A stretch of 64,000 bases of DNA, taken from the human T2T-CHM13v2.0 reference genome, Homo sapiens. Both the position numbers and the translations under genes were made by a program. This document shows, one piece after another, positions 12,924 to 26,974 of this stretch (its first letter is position 1; each line of letters opens with the position of its first letter). The stretch lies in assembly GCF_009914755.1 (NCBI RefSeq), contig NC_060927.1; one strand, 5' to 3'. The notes beneath the pieces are model-generated. The model made no database searches and was not told where the DNA came from. It saw nothing but the letters and a program-made list of their open reading frames with translations.

Positions 12924-15367
12924 CTGAGTTGAGAAAAAAAAGAGGCATAGCATTGGTTCATAGCATGAGAGGCTGATCAGGCCCAGTCTTCCCAGTCATC
13001 CTGCCACACAATGCAGCACAGGAGGAGACTTGCAGCAAAAGCTGCTCCCATAAACCCAAACCCATGCAAGGGGGGTACCAGCAGATACGTTTCCTTCAGC
13101 AGCAGCAAAATGTGACAATAACTATCAGGAATTGACTGCCTACTCACTATGTATCAGGCTCTAGGCTGGGTGCTTTACATACATTTAATCCTCAGGTTCT
13201 GAGGTTGGTCTTATTATCTTCAAAGTGCTAAGGCTTACAGAGGTTAAATTACTTGCCCATGGCGGCACAGCCAGTAAGCGGCAGAGCCAGAATTCAATAC
13301 CCAACTTTGTCTTTCAAGCCTCACGTTCTTTTTTCCACCACACCACACCTGACTTGGAGAAACTCATTACATTTTTTTCTTTTATTAAAGGCTAATAGGC
13401 AAAAGCATCCAAAGAAGATTTCTGTGGGGTTTTAAAAATTAAATTGAACTAAAAAAAATTAAATTGAATTGGCAGTCTCCACTGCCTTCTGGCTCAGTTT
13501 TTGCTGATTTGCTTATTTAATACTGGAACTTCTCCATTTAATGAAGAAGCTGCCATTACTCACTCAATGGTTATGTCAAACAAACAAAGGAGCTGCATGT
13601 AACACAGCACGTTTGATCAAGCATTTGCCTATAGGGATGAACTTTTTCAATAGGGAAGAGAGGATGAAACTCTTGCCTCTACTCTTTGTGTTTTCTCCTT
13701 CTGAAAGGATATCTATTAGTTTAATATTCTTGGGCTCTCTGCAGGACACATTCTTTTCCCCGGGAGAGAAGAAACACCTTAATCCAATTTGTGAGTCTAG
13801 AAAGAGAACTGAGCATGCACAGCCTAGCTCCTTCTTTCCTGCTTCCCTCCTGAGAGCCAGGCTGACTAAAAAATACACCTTCTGTGTCTATTCCTCCATG
13901 TGATAAGCTTTTCAGAAGCAGCTTTGATCTGGAACAGCATGGTCTGTTACTATGGAGGTCAGTCTGTCAATGTAGGCTATGCTGAGGAAGGATGAGAAGT
14001 CTGTAGGTATTGATGAGGAAGATGGTACTGGCTGCCTTTAAACTGGAGGGCCACTGAGTTCCACCTGCTCTTTAGAGTACATGTGAGATTCTAACATTAC
14101 AATGGCAGTACCTGGACTAGGCAGGCAGCCCTTAATTAGCTACCCCAACTTCCATTCTGCATCAGAGCTAAAGAGGGAATTGTGGCTTGAATTAATACGG
14201 CTTGCCCACAGGCTCAAGAGTCATCATCCCACACATGCAGTCTCAGTTGGTTTGGGACAGGTTAGTTACACAAGAGGGAGATCAACCTCCCCATTGGCCA
14301 GGTTTCACCGGTCTAAACAATTCAATAGCAAGTAGAAGAGAAACAGTCATGAGGGCACAGGCCTGAAAATGCTCGGCAGAGATGGCAAGACACCACACAA
14401 GGCATTAAGCAAAGCTGGCCCACCCTCAAAGCTGCATATCAAGGCCTGAATAGGTGATGAAAATTAAGAAGTTGTGAATATGTTGGATTGGAAAGAAAGG
14501 TATCTCAAGTAAGACCTGCTCAATGGGGCTGTCACCTCTGCCACATAAACTTTACAAGAAAGCATTAATATCAGAAATGTCATTCTCTGAGGAAAGTGAT
14601 CATATACATAGGTGGCTTTCTCCCAAAATATAATAAAAGTGCCTGCTTTTAACGATATTTTCCGTGGAAAGGGACTTCCAGCAGCAAAATACTTGTAGCA
14701 ACTCTCTATCCTCTCATGCATAGTGATTCTTTTGATGAGAATAAGGAACTAGGGATGTGTAGCTCTGCCCTTCCAAATTACACTTGGAGCAAACTGCTCA
14801 TAGGAAGCACAGTTCACTCTGTTATTCCAATACTCTTGTTTGGCAAGAGCAGGATTTTCTGTGAAGGAGGTCTACCTTGGCCCAACATTGTCTGTGACTG
14901 GGAGGGGAAGTTCAGGGTTAGGAAGTGCATTTGCCAACAAATAAAAAGCTACATTCTTTTAACATCATTTATAAAGCAGTCTTTTAATCTCTCAATCTTT
15001 TAATCTTTTAAAAAAGATTTCCATGGATTCAGATCTCAGGTAGAAAATGAGGTTGTCACTTATTTGGTCCTCTAGAGAACCCAACACCTACCTCATATAG
15101 TTATGGTTAGGGTGAAATAAAATATCTTTCAGTAATGGTAGATATCATTATTATTCTCTAAGAACAACTGTTTTAGAAAACACTGACTCTCTTATACTCC
15201 AAAAGTACAGTGTTCTCTTGGGTGACCACAATGTTGGTAAACTCATTGCAGCAACTACCTCAAGATGAGAAAAAGATCTTAAGAAATCCTAAGTCTGGCA
15301 GGAAATGTACATGAGTTTGATCAGAAAGGATCGGAAGGGAACAGAGGCTATCTCCTTCAGCCTTTAC

Positions 15368-15502
15368 CGTCTGATCTGCTCCTCGGCCACAGAGAGAGCA
15401 TTCTCAGCAGCCACTCTTTGGTCTCGTTCTTCTTCCAGCAGCTTCCTTAATTCATTCACTTCCTGTCTGGTGTTGCATAGCTGCTGCTGAGCTTCAGAAA
15501 AG
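15368..15502 (-). CDS. GOLGB1: GOLGB1 exon 20 (FSEAQQQLCNTRQEV...EEQIR)
   Basis: 135 nt, taaag/gtaaag, coiled-coil sequence, phases consistent. Confidence 0.96.
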
Positions 15503-15952
15503 CTTTAGGATGAGAGGAAAACAAAAAGCATCATCAGATGCAGAAAACAGTTGCTAATACAAGGGATTCAAAGTCTTCATAAGGTTGTAAAGCAAGAAAA
15601 TCCATAGAAGCTTGTCTAAACACAATATTTTAAAAGCAAAGCTGTAGAGGGATTAAATGAAGCTGCAGAAAATACCTAAAGAAATTTCAGGAACTGATTA
15701 TCTTTCATTTTACTATCATAGAGTAGTTGTTAGTGGTGTGTGTGTGTTGGTGTTGCTCTTTTTGTTTTACAAACTTTTCACACACAAATGTTAGTTATTA
15801 TTGTTACTATTTGATCCTCACATCACTTCTGTGAGGCTAATAAGATAACAAGACATATTAAATCCATATAAAGGACTCCAGTTAAATCTAGATTACTGCC
15901 CAATTTCTGGACTCTGGTGTATGCTCCAGGGTTTAGAGAGCCACTCCCCTAC

Positions 15953-16050
15953 CTTTGCTGCGGTTCCCTTAGTTCCTCAGGGTCACTCTTTCTGTGAACT
16001 CCATTCTTTTCCTGGGGAGCTCCTGGAGCAACATCTATATTTAGTGGCCC
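15953..16050 (-). CDS. GOLGB1: GOLGB1 exon 19 (GPLNIDVAPGAPQEK...EPQQ)
   Basis: 98 nt, ttccag/gtaggg, phases consistent. Confidence 0.95.
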
Positions 16051-16284
16051 CTGGAAGAAGAATAAGCTTAGTAATTCAGTGATGAAAGCTCTTAAGAAAG
16101 TGTATTTGAGCAAAATGAGAGCTCGTTTACAGAGGACTATCCCCGCTTATAATTCTCAAGTCCAAATTTAGAAGTGAGAAGCTTCTGCTCTAGCAGATTA
16201 CTCACCTACATAAAACTCTTGTCTTGATTAGATTTTTCTCCCAGATTCTCATTCTTGAATTTCTCCTCTTAAAAGTTAAGTCTG

Positions 16285-16584
16285 GGCCGGGCGCCGTGGC
16301 TCAAGCCTGTAATCCCAGCACTTTGGGAGGCCGAGGTGGGTGGATCACAAGATCAGGAGTTCAAGACCAGCCTGGCCAAGATGGTGAAACCCTGTCTCCA
16401 CTAAAAATACAAAAAATTAGCCGGGTGTGGTGGCAGGCGCCTGTAATCCCAGCAACTCGGGAGGCTGAGGCAGAGAATTGCTTGAACCCAGGAGGTGGAG
16501 GTTGCAGTGAGCTGAGATCGTGCTACTGCATTCCAGCCTGGGCGACAGAGCGAGACTCCGTCTCAAAAAAAAAAAAAAAAAAAA
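16285..16584 (+). mobile_element. AluSg-like element
   Basis: Dimeric Alu with a pure A tail; perfect 14-bp TSD aaaagttaagtctg (16271-16284, 16585-16598). Confidence 0.94.
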
Positions 16585-17103
16585 AAAAGTTAAGTCTGCT
16601 GTGGATGCTTATGGCTTTTCCAGAAGCCACTTTGATCCTTCCCTTGCTTGTCCAGCCCCTCCCAACCCCCTTTTCCTCCTCCGTATCCTATACGTCTCCA
16701 TACTAATTCTCAGTCTCCTCCAACTTCAATGCTGTACTCCTCTCCCTGGCTGTCAACAGTGCTGCCTGTTTTGTTCTCAGATCCAAAGTTTCCTACAATT
16801 TTCTTATAACTTAAAGCAAAATCAACACGTTCTCTGTTTCAGAGTACCAAATGTCTCAGTCATCACTGTTTCCTACTCATGTTTTGATTTCTCTCCCACC
16901 ATCTCACTGATCTTTTTTCTTCTAATTGCTTCACTGTAATTTTTCTCAGACCTTATTCCCATCTCAATTAACTCTTTCTTCTCTCCCACTTTCTTCCCTG
17001 ACCCCTAATTACATTAACTTCTTCCATACTGCTCTGTAGTGCTTCACCACTTGCACTAAATTTCATCACACTTCTCCCAGTCTCTCACCTTCTCTTTACT
17101 CAC

Positions 17104-17247
17104 CGCCTGCAGCTCTTGAACCTGCTTCTCCAAGACTGCACAGTGATTTAAAAGGTCACCATAGTGCTGCTGGTTCTCACGAAGACTCTGACTGGTATCG
17201 CAGAGCTGAATGGAAAGGGTGTTTTTCTCTTCCAGTAGCTGAGAGAA
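17104..17247 (-). CDS. GOLGB1: GOLGB1 exon 18 (FSQLLEEKNTL...QELQA); alternative donor extends it to 17089
   Basis: 144 nt, tttcag/gtgagt, phase 0-0. Confidence 0.96.
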
Positions 17248-18869
17248 CTGAAACAGAGGCGAGGATAAGCATCATCCTGCAGTACTGTAAGCAGTGCTGA
17301 GGTGAAATGTTCTGAGTTTTCAGGATCTAATTTTCCTATGGAAGACCTTTGTTTCAGCAACAGCAACAATAGCACTTTGTGTGCCTTCAAAGTTGGAAAA
17401 AGCATAATTTTTTTTGACCAAGACAGAAAACAATTCTGGAGGAGTAGCAGAAAGGTTTTTTTGTTTTGTTCTGTTTTGTTTTTTTAAATGGTGCCCAGTA
17501 CATTAACTGAAAAACCATGAAGCAGAAGTCCATAAGCAATCTAATTACATAGGCTATTCTGGGTACATAAGAGGGAGAAGGCAGTACCTCAGGGTCAAAG
17601 TTCATGGTACTAACAAATGACTATAATCTCCAGAACTCAATATGGCTGGAGAGAGCTGTCACCCCAAAATCTGTGCAATAATATTCCTAGGCAGATTCCT
17701 CAATGCCATAAAGAGTTATAAGTTACTGAGAGAATAGAATAAAAAATTATAATATGTGGTAGAAGGGAGAAACAGAATAAATCCCAACATGTATATGTAT
17801 ATGTCAGAAACTGTTGAGAGCATAGATTCTCCCAGGTAGAAACATTTCAGTCCCTTAAAGCAGGACTCTCCTCTACTGCATGACTAACAGGTCATCGTTC
17901 AGTCTTCCCTTGAACATGTTCAGTGTCAGGGCGCCCACTGCCTGACAAAGCAACCCAAACCATTTAAAAAACTGAAAATTCATTTTTATATTGAATGAAA
18001 AATTTACCTATTGTAGCTTCTACCCATTGATTTGAATTTGGTACTCTGGAACTATAATTCTCTCACTTGCAGGCTGTCAAGTTTTAAGTTTTAGCTGTGA
18101 TTAGCCTCCAGGTACATTAATAACCATGGAGATGTCTCTCCAAGTTATCTACTCTAGGACCATGTACATTATATGAGAGGAACCCAGTATACCAGTTGCA
18201 TGTTCAATTTTTTCTTGATGATTCTTTTTTGTAAGTTTTTGTGAAAAAAAGTTGAAACAAACAATGTTTTAGAGGAGAGACGACAGTTTTCTAGAGACAA
18301 CTGTGAGGAAGGGCATTTGATGCAAATAGAAAATTAGAACAAGATAATCCATACATACTTGTAAAAGTGCTCTGTTAGCTGAAAATTGCTCTTCAGATGT
18401 AGGGTTGTTTTTTGTGTTTGTCATTCTGAAGAGCAATGTTAGCTTACAAAGTACTTTCACCAGTATCATCTTATTTGAGAGAGGTAGAGAAAGGATTTCT
18501 GTCCTTGTTTACAAATGGCTAGTAGATGTCAAACCAGGACTCAAGTGTGGTTCTTGATTCCAAGTCTAGAGCTCTATCTACTATCTGATGGTGTCCAGTC
18601 TGATAGTCTAGCAAGGAAAGCTAAGAAAATCATAGGGTTTTCTTTTGGGGGGGGGGGGTGTGGGAGGAGGTGGGAATAGTTAGGAAAGGATATAAATATT
18701 TGGGAAGTGATACTAATTTGAAGACAGTTAACTGGGTACAATGACAACTATTGGATTCTGAGACAGGGCACAACATGTTCTTCCCTTAACCTAAGAGGAA
18801 GTTAATTTTCCTGGCCACAATGAACAGTCCAAACCATACCAAAAACAAAAACATAGATCCTTCTAGTTT

Positions 18870-19074
18870 AGGGGTTGGCAAACTATGATCCAGGGCCTGC
18901 TGCCCTTTTATCATAAATAAGGTTTTACTGGAACACAACCAGCCCAATTGATTCTATATTGTCTATGGCTGCGTTTGTGTTACAACTGCAAAGATGAGTA
19001 GTTGTTAACAAAGACCATACAGTCAACAAACCTAAAATATTGTCTGAGCCTGAAGGAAAAGTTTGCTGACCTCT
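18870..19074 (+). mobile_element. MER58A (hAT-Charlie)
   Basis: aggggttggcaaact...gtttgctgacctct termini; internal aaataaggttttactggaacaca. Confidence 0.8.
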
Positions 19075-20913
19075 CCTCTAGCTTATAAGCTACTATATTT
19101 CACTGTATCTATACCTGTAAAAACAAAATAGGAGGGAACAATTTAGACTACATTATGTCACTAATCATCCATCTCATGTTTTTAAGTTTCTAGCACATTC
19201 TTACATTACATACTAACATCCAAACAGCTGGTAGAAATGCAGTCATCCCTTGTTATCTATGGGGTATTGGTTTCAGAACCACCCCTGGACCCCCAACTCC
19301 CAGTATACCAAAATTCGAGGACGCTCAAATTCCTTATATATAATGGCAGGGTATTTGCATATAACTTATACACAACCTCCCAGATACTTAAAAAATTTTT
19401 TAATTCATGTATAATAGATATACATAGTTTCAGGATACATGCTATAATGTAATATATTCATATAATTTGTAAAGATCAAATCAGTGTATCTGGAATATCC
19501 ATCACCTTAAGTATTTGTCTTTCCTTTACGCTAGAAGCATTTAAATTCTTCTCTTCTAGCTATTTTGAAATATACAATAGATTGTGGTAAACTATAATCA
19601 CCTATTGATTTACCTAACACTAGGTCTTATTTCTTCTATCAAACCATGTATTTGCACCCATTAATCAACTTCTCTTCATTCCCTCCTCTCCTTTATCCTT
19701 CCCAGCCTTTAGTAACTACCAATGCACTCTCTATCTTCATGAGATTCACTTTTTTTTTTTTGCTCCCACACGAGTGAGAATGTGATATTTGTCTTTCTGT
19801 TCTTGGCTTATTTCACTTAACATAATGTCCTCCAGTTCCATCTATGTTGCCACAAATGACAGAATTTCATACCTCTAAAAGCTGAATAATATTCCCTTGT
19901 GTACATATACCACATTCTTAATCTATTCATCTGTTGACGGGTACTTACATTGATTCTATGTTTTGTTTTTTATGAACAGTGCTCCAATAAACATGGGAGT
20001 ACAGATGTCTTTTTGATATATTGATTTTCTTTCTTGTAGATACGTGGGTTGCTGGATCATATGGTAGTTCTATTTTTAGCTTTTTGAGATACCTCCATAC
20101 TGTTCTCCACAGTGGCTGTACTAACTTACATTGCTAACAGTGTATGGGAGTTCCCCCTTTCTCTGCATCCTTGCCAGAATCTGTTACTACCTGTCTTTTT
20201 GATAAAAGCTATTTCAGCAAAGGTGAGATGACATCTCACTATAGCTTTGATTTACAATTCTCTGATGTTTAGGGATGCTGAGTATTTTTTTTTATATCTG
20301 TTGGCCATTTGTATGTCTTCTTTTGAGAAACGTCTATTCAGATCTTTTGCCCACTTTTAAGTTGAGTTATTTGTTTTCCTGCTATTTAATTGTTTGAGTC
20401 CCTTATATATTCTGGTTATTAATCCCTTGTTAGATGGGTAGTTTGCAAATGTTTTCTCTCATTCTGTGGATTGTCTCTTCACTCTGTTGATTGCTTCCTT
20501 TGCTGAACAGAAGCCTTTTACTTGCTGTAATCCCATTTGTCTATTTTTGCCTTGGTTGCCTGTACTCTTCAGGACTTACACAAAAAAAGCCTTGGCTAGA
20601 TCCATGTCCTGAAGCATTTCCACAAGTTTTGCTCTAGTAGTTTCATAGTTTCAGATCTTAGAATTAAGTCTTTAATCCATTTTGATTTGATTTTTGTATG
20701 ATGAGAGATAGGAGTCTAGTTTTATTTTTCTGCATATAGATATCCAGTTTTCCCAGCACCATTTATTAGAGAGATTGTCCTTTCTCCATCATATGTTCTT
20801 GGTGCCTTTGTCAAAGACAAGTTGCCCCTAAATGCCTGGCTTTATACCTGGGTTTCTAATTGTTTCATTGGTGGTCTATGTGTCTGTTTTTATGCCAGTA
20901 TCATGCTCATTAA

Positions 20914-21260
<347 letters not shown>

Positions 21261-21394
21261 CAGTTTTCCTCTTTTTAATCAAGATTGCTTTGGCTAGTTA
21301 GGAGTTTTTGTGGTTACATACATATTAAATTTTTTTTCCCATTTTTGTGAAGAATGTCATTGGTATTTTGATAGGGATTGCATTTAATCTGTAG

Positions 21395-21910
<516 letters not shown>

Positions 21911-22719
21911 CTGGGATTGCTTTCTTGATTTCTTTTCCAGATTGTTTGCTGTTGGCATATATAAATGCTACTGATTTTTGCCTGTTGATTTTGTCTCCTG
22001 CAACTTTACTGAATTCATTTATCAGTTCTAACAGTTTTTTGGTGGATTCTTTAGGTTTTTCTAAGTATAAGGTCATATCATCTGCAAAAAAGGCTAATTT
22101 GACCTCTTCCTTTCCAATCTGGATGTGCTTTTTGTTTTGTTTTGTTTTTGCCTAATTGCTCTAGCTAGGGTATCTAATAATATATTGAATAACAGTGGTG
22201 AAAGTAGGCATCCTTGTCTTATTTCAGATCTTAGAGGAAAGGCCTTCAATTTTTCCCTGTTCAGTACAATGTTACCTGTGGCCTCCCATATACTTTAAAT
22301 AATCTCTAGATTACTTATAATACCTAATACAATACAAATGCTATATAAATAGTTGTTATACTGTATTTTTAAAATTCATGTTTTCCTGAATATTTTCAAT
22401 CTACAGTTAGTTAAATCTGTGAATGCAGAAATTACCAATATGAAGGGCCAACTATAAATATAAAACCTGAACATCTGAAGAAAGAATTAGGGAAGTGGCT
22501 TAGAGAAGAACAATCTATGCTGACAGCCCATCTACTACAATCTCATTCTGGGGCCCAAGAAGCAATTCTCCTATTTAGCTGGGACTCATTCAGAGTGAGG
22601 CTAAGCTCATGAAGGAATATGTATATCCTCAGTATCTAGCATATAGCCAGGCTCATGGAAGACAAATAATAGTTATTGTTTTAATGACTGAATAAGGCTA
22701 GGAATGAGGTGCCTTTCTT

Positions 22720-23027
<308 letters not shown>

Positions 23028-23279
23028 TGAGGTGCCTTTCTTACAGTTGAGTTCTAAAGGAAAAACTGTTTCTCACTCAGAATGACAGTGACCTATGCAG
23101 TGTTTCTCACACTTTAAGTGGAATTACATATCTCAATAAAGGTGTTAAAAAACACAACTTTATGACTTAGAACCCAGTATATAAATATATACAATTAAAA
23201 CTAAAGTTTTCCAAAGACAGACATATTCTTTATTATATATTACATACGTGTTTTTACCTCATTTCTTTTTTTTGTAAAA

Positions 23280-23660
23280 ACACCAACTGCACTATTTGTA
23301 ATAGCCCCAAACTGGAGAAGCCCAAATGTCCTTCAACAGAATAGAGATTGTGGTATATGCCTAAAATGCAATACTACACAGCATGAGAGTGGAAAAATGA
23401 CACTATATGCAACGACATGGATGAATCTCACAAAATAAATGAAGCAATATAAAAGAAAAGGTATGACTCCATTTATATGTAGTTCTAAGTGGGTAGGAGT
23501 GAACAGAAGACACAAGGGACTTCTGGAGTTCTGGTATGTTCTGATTCTAGATCTGGGTGCTGATTATATGGGTATCTTCACTTTGTGAAAATATATCATG
23601 CTGTACTTATGATTTGTTTACTTTTCTGTATGTTTTACTTCAATAAAACATTAAAAATTT
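23280..23660 (+). mobile_element. Old L1ME-type 3' fragment
   Basis: taatagccccaaactgga, acatggatgaatctcaca, gatctgggtgctg...cttcaataaaa motifs. Confidence 0.6.
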
Positions 23661-24784
23661 TTTTTAGTTGTTGCCCACCAAAATGATTTCATCATTTATT
23701 AATGGTCCTGAATTTCAGTTTAAAACACTGTCCTAGACAGACAAATGCCCAGTGTGATTCAGAGTCTAATGTTTGGAGAGCAAATGTAACAGGCCTGAGA
23801 CGGGAGTTAGTTGACGGAAAAAAGAGACAGGCTAGAGCTGTAAAGGGTGGAACTTCCGGAAATAGCTGATTTGCTGGAAGGGGAACTCCATGGGAGCTGC
23901 TCTGGAGTCCCTTTGAAAACTCCCAGACAAATCTACCAATAAAGAGTCTACAGTTTAACTAATTCATTTGGGCCTGCAGACTTTAAAAACTGCAAATGTC
24001 TCCTCTCTGATACTTCAGTGTCAATTAGTTGAATTTAACTACATTTAATAAGTACCCTCTACATATGCAGGCACTGTGCTTTTCCACATGCATGATCACG
24101 TTTATTTCAGACTGACTTCGTCCTAACACCTCAGGCAAGTTACTTACTACTCCAGGGCCTTTTTCCTCATCTGTGAAAACAGCCTAGTGATCTTTTTAAT
24201 TTTTGGATCACAGACCCCTTGGTCAACTGATGAGTTCTTGTGATGAAAAGCTTACGCACACACACACTATTGTGCATACAATTTTTGGGCATTCTTGGCT
24301 CTCCTCAAAGCTAATCTCTGGACTTCTGATTCTGATTGATCTCTAAATATCTTGTAGTTCTATCATAGACTACTTAGCTGAGTTCCTCTCAAGAGGGCAG
24401 AACTAGGGCAGGTGCCACTAAAGAATATTTTGAATAGTCAGTGAACAACAGGAGGACAATTCTTAAGAGGGTGGGGTAGGGAGTAGCCTCAGCATTACTA
24501 CAAGTGATACAGGTCAGGGGGAAGGCTTCCTAAAGTAGTTGGCTTCTTTACTTTTACTGTCTGGATTTATCCAATCATTCCCAAGGACTCACCAAGGGCA
24601 AAGGACAAGAAATGGCCCTGTGTCCAGTGCTTTGGAATAAGCACCCAGGTTCTGAGAAAGGTGAAACTTCTGTACCCTAAGATATGCTACAGCTGGGACT
24701 CTATGCTGAATTGGCTTCTACTTGCCTTCTTGTTCCAGTCATGGAAAAAAGAAACTGAATTCCAGTCTAACAAGAAACACTTAC

Positions 24785-24922
24785 GTTGCTGTTCAGTTGC
24801 TGAATTCTTAACTCCTTTTGGTGAATTTCCTTTAAGCTGTCATTGAGCTGGGTCCTGAGAAGTTCTGTCTCATAAACCAGATTTTGTGACCCATCTGGGG
24901 AAGCTGATGTCTCTGGGGATGC
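24785..24922 (-). CDS. GOLGB1: GOLGB1 exon 17 (ASPETSASPDGSQNL...QLNSN)
   Basis: 138 nt, ggcag/gtaagt, phase 0-0. Confidence 0.96.
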
Positions 24923-25176
24923 CTGCCAGGACACAAACATTGATCAGATTCTCTCCTAAGATTGCGCATGCTTAATTCCTTCCCTCTAGAAATCCTGTCC
25001 GCCCCATAGAAGTCATAAGGTGGCTTATGGGCACTTAATAGTGGCAGATGGGCACTTAATTTGTAGGAAGCTGATGCTTTCTGGGTAGCGTCTTAAAAAA
25101 AAAACAAAACCCTGCAATCATCATCATTTGTTTAAAAATTTATCTCTGAGTAACAATCAGCATTGAAATTACTCAC

Positions 25177-25342
25177 CTGTCTTTGGTATTGCACTTTGAG
25201 AGGCTGAGTCTGGGAGGAAGAAGACCTCAATTCCCTTATAAGATTCTGCAGATGACTGAGCTGCTGATCTTTATCTGAGATAGCCATAAGGTACTGTTCC
25301 TTCATTCTCCTCTCATGTATTTCCCAGGAACTCTTCTCCATC
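25177..25342 (-). CDS. GOLGB1: GOLGB1 exon 16 (MEKSSWEIHERR...QYQRQ)
   Basis: 166 nt, ttctag/gtgagt; overlaps ORF 25132-25362. Confidence 0.96.
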
Positions 25343-26451
25343 CTAGAAAAAACATGACACAATCACAGGTAAAAATATACTTGTAACTGGGCATGGTAGC
25401 TCGCACCTGTAACCTCAGCACTTTGCTTATCTTCAAAGTTACTCAAATCTGGAAGGTAAAGAAAGAAAGGCTAAGAAAAAGGTGGAAAGAGAGAAAATGT
25501 GGGGGAAAAAACAGGAATCTTTTTTTCTCTATCTCCTTTTCTCTTCCCTAAGGGTCAATTATATAAGGAAATAAGGAAAATAAATATCCTTTTAGATTGC
25601 CATTAGAGGAAATTTAAAGAAGAAAGGCTGCAGGAAATAAGCCTTTAGAGCTTTGCAGCTCTTCTTAGGTTTACACTAGTAGCTGAACACTTTAATATTT
25701 CTGTAGTTCTAGGTGATGTGGAGATAAGATGAGAGGCATCAAGCGATGCTCTGATACGGTACCAATCACCTTTGGAGGGCCCTAAATTCAAGTGCATCTG
25801 AAGGACACAGCAAGCACCTAAACTTCTGATGATAAATTAAGATTCTAACAGAATAAAGCTGGGGTGCTATTCCCTGAAGAAAAATGGAGGTTAAAATGGA
25901 GCAATTTATCTTTTCTCTTGAGATTCAATTTCAAAAGAAGAAACAAATTTATATTTCTAGAGAGCAAAACTCAGTTGTTTTGCCATTTTCTTTTTACTTG
26001 CTCTGCAATCATCATCATTTGTTTAAACAAAAAATTTGTTCTTGTATTATCTGGGGAAGCTGCCAACTCCATGCAATGAGCTTGATAAATGTTCACTTAT
26101 AATCAAGTCCATAAAGATGTTAAATATGAAAATCTTTTAGATGTAATTTTACTCCATAAAGTTTAAATCATTAAATTCCAAAAAGCATTTTGCTATATCA
26201 ATGTTGCTTAAGGTTTGAAATCTCCTGTGTCTGAACATTAAGAACTCTCTTAGAGATGTTATGATATTTATACTATATTGACAGTTGTCATTCTAATGGC
26301 CCCTTGTAAGCTGGATAGAAATTGAGATTCCAACTCATATTTTCTGTATTCATTTGCCTCTTGTCCTCTAGCATTGGTGAAACAAAGCAGGTGCTGCTTG
26401 ATCAGCAGCAATGTCCAACATGGTAATTCTCCTTTTAATATCAAATCTTGA

Positions 26452-26777
<326 letters not shown>

Positions 26778-26974
26778 TAAGTTAAACAGTAACAACCTCC
26801 CAAAAATGAGGCTGCAACAACTAGACCTGTTTTTATACACTAAGTGTTTAATCTTGGGATTAAATTTGTCAGAAAAACTGAATTAAAAAAAAAATCAGAA
26901 TTATAGCTCCTATCTTAATTTCTTCTGCCATGATAGCATTATTATTGTTCTGTTCCTTAAAAAGAAAAGAGCTA

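Noticed and set aside
25972-26027. Box C (ATGATGA) ... box D (CTGA) arrangement on the minus strand resembling a C/D snoRNA
   Set aside because: Only ~58 nt, weak terminal stem, no recognisable rRNA/snRNA guide, and the other copy of the 25-mer has no D box; a snoRNA covariance search would be needed to revive it.
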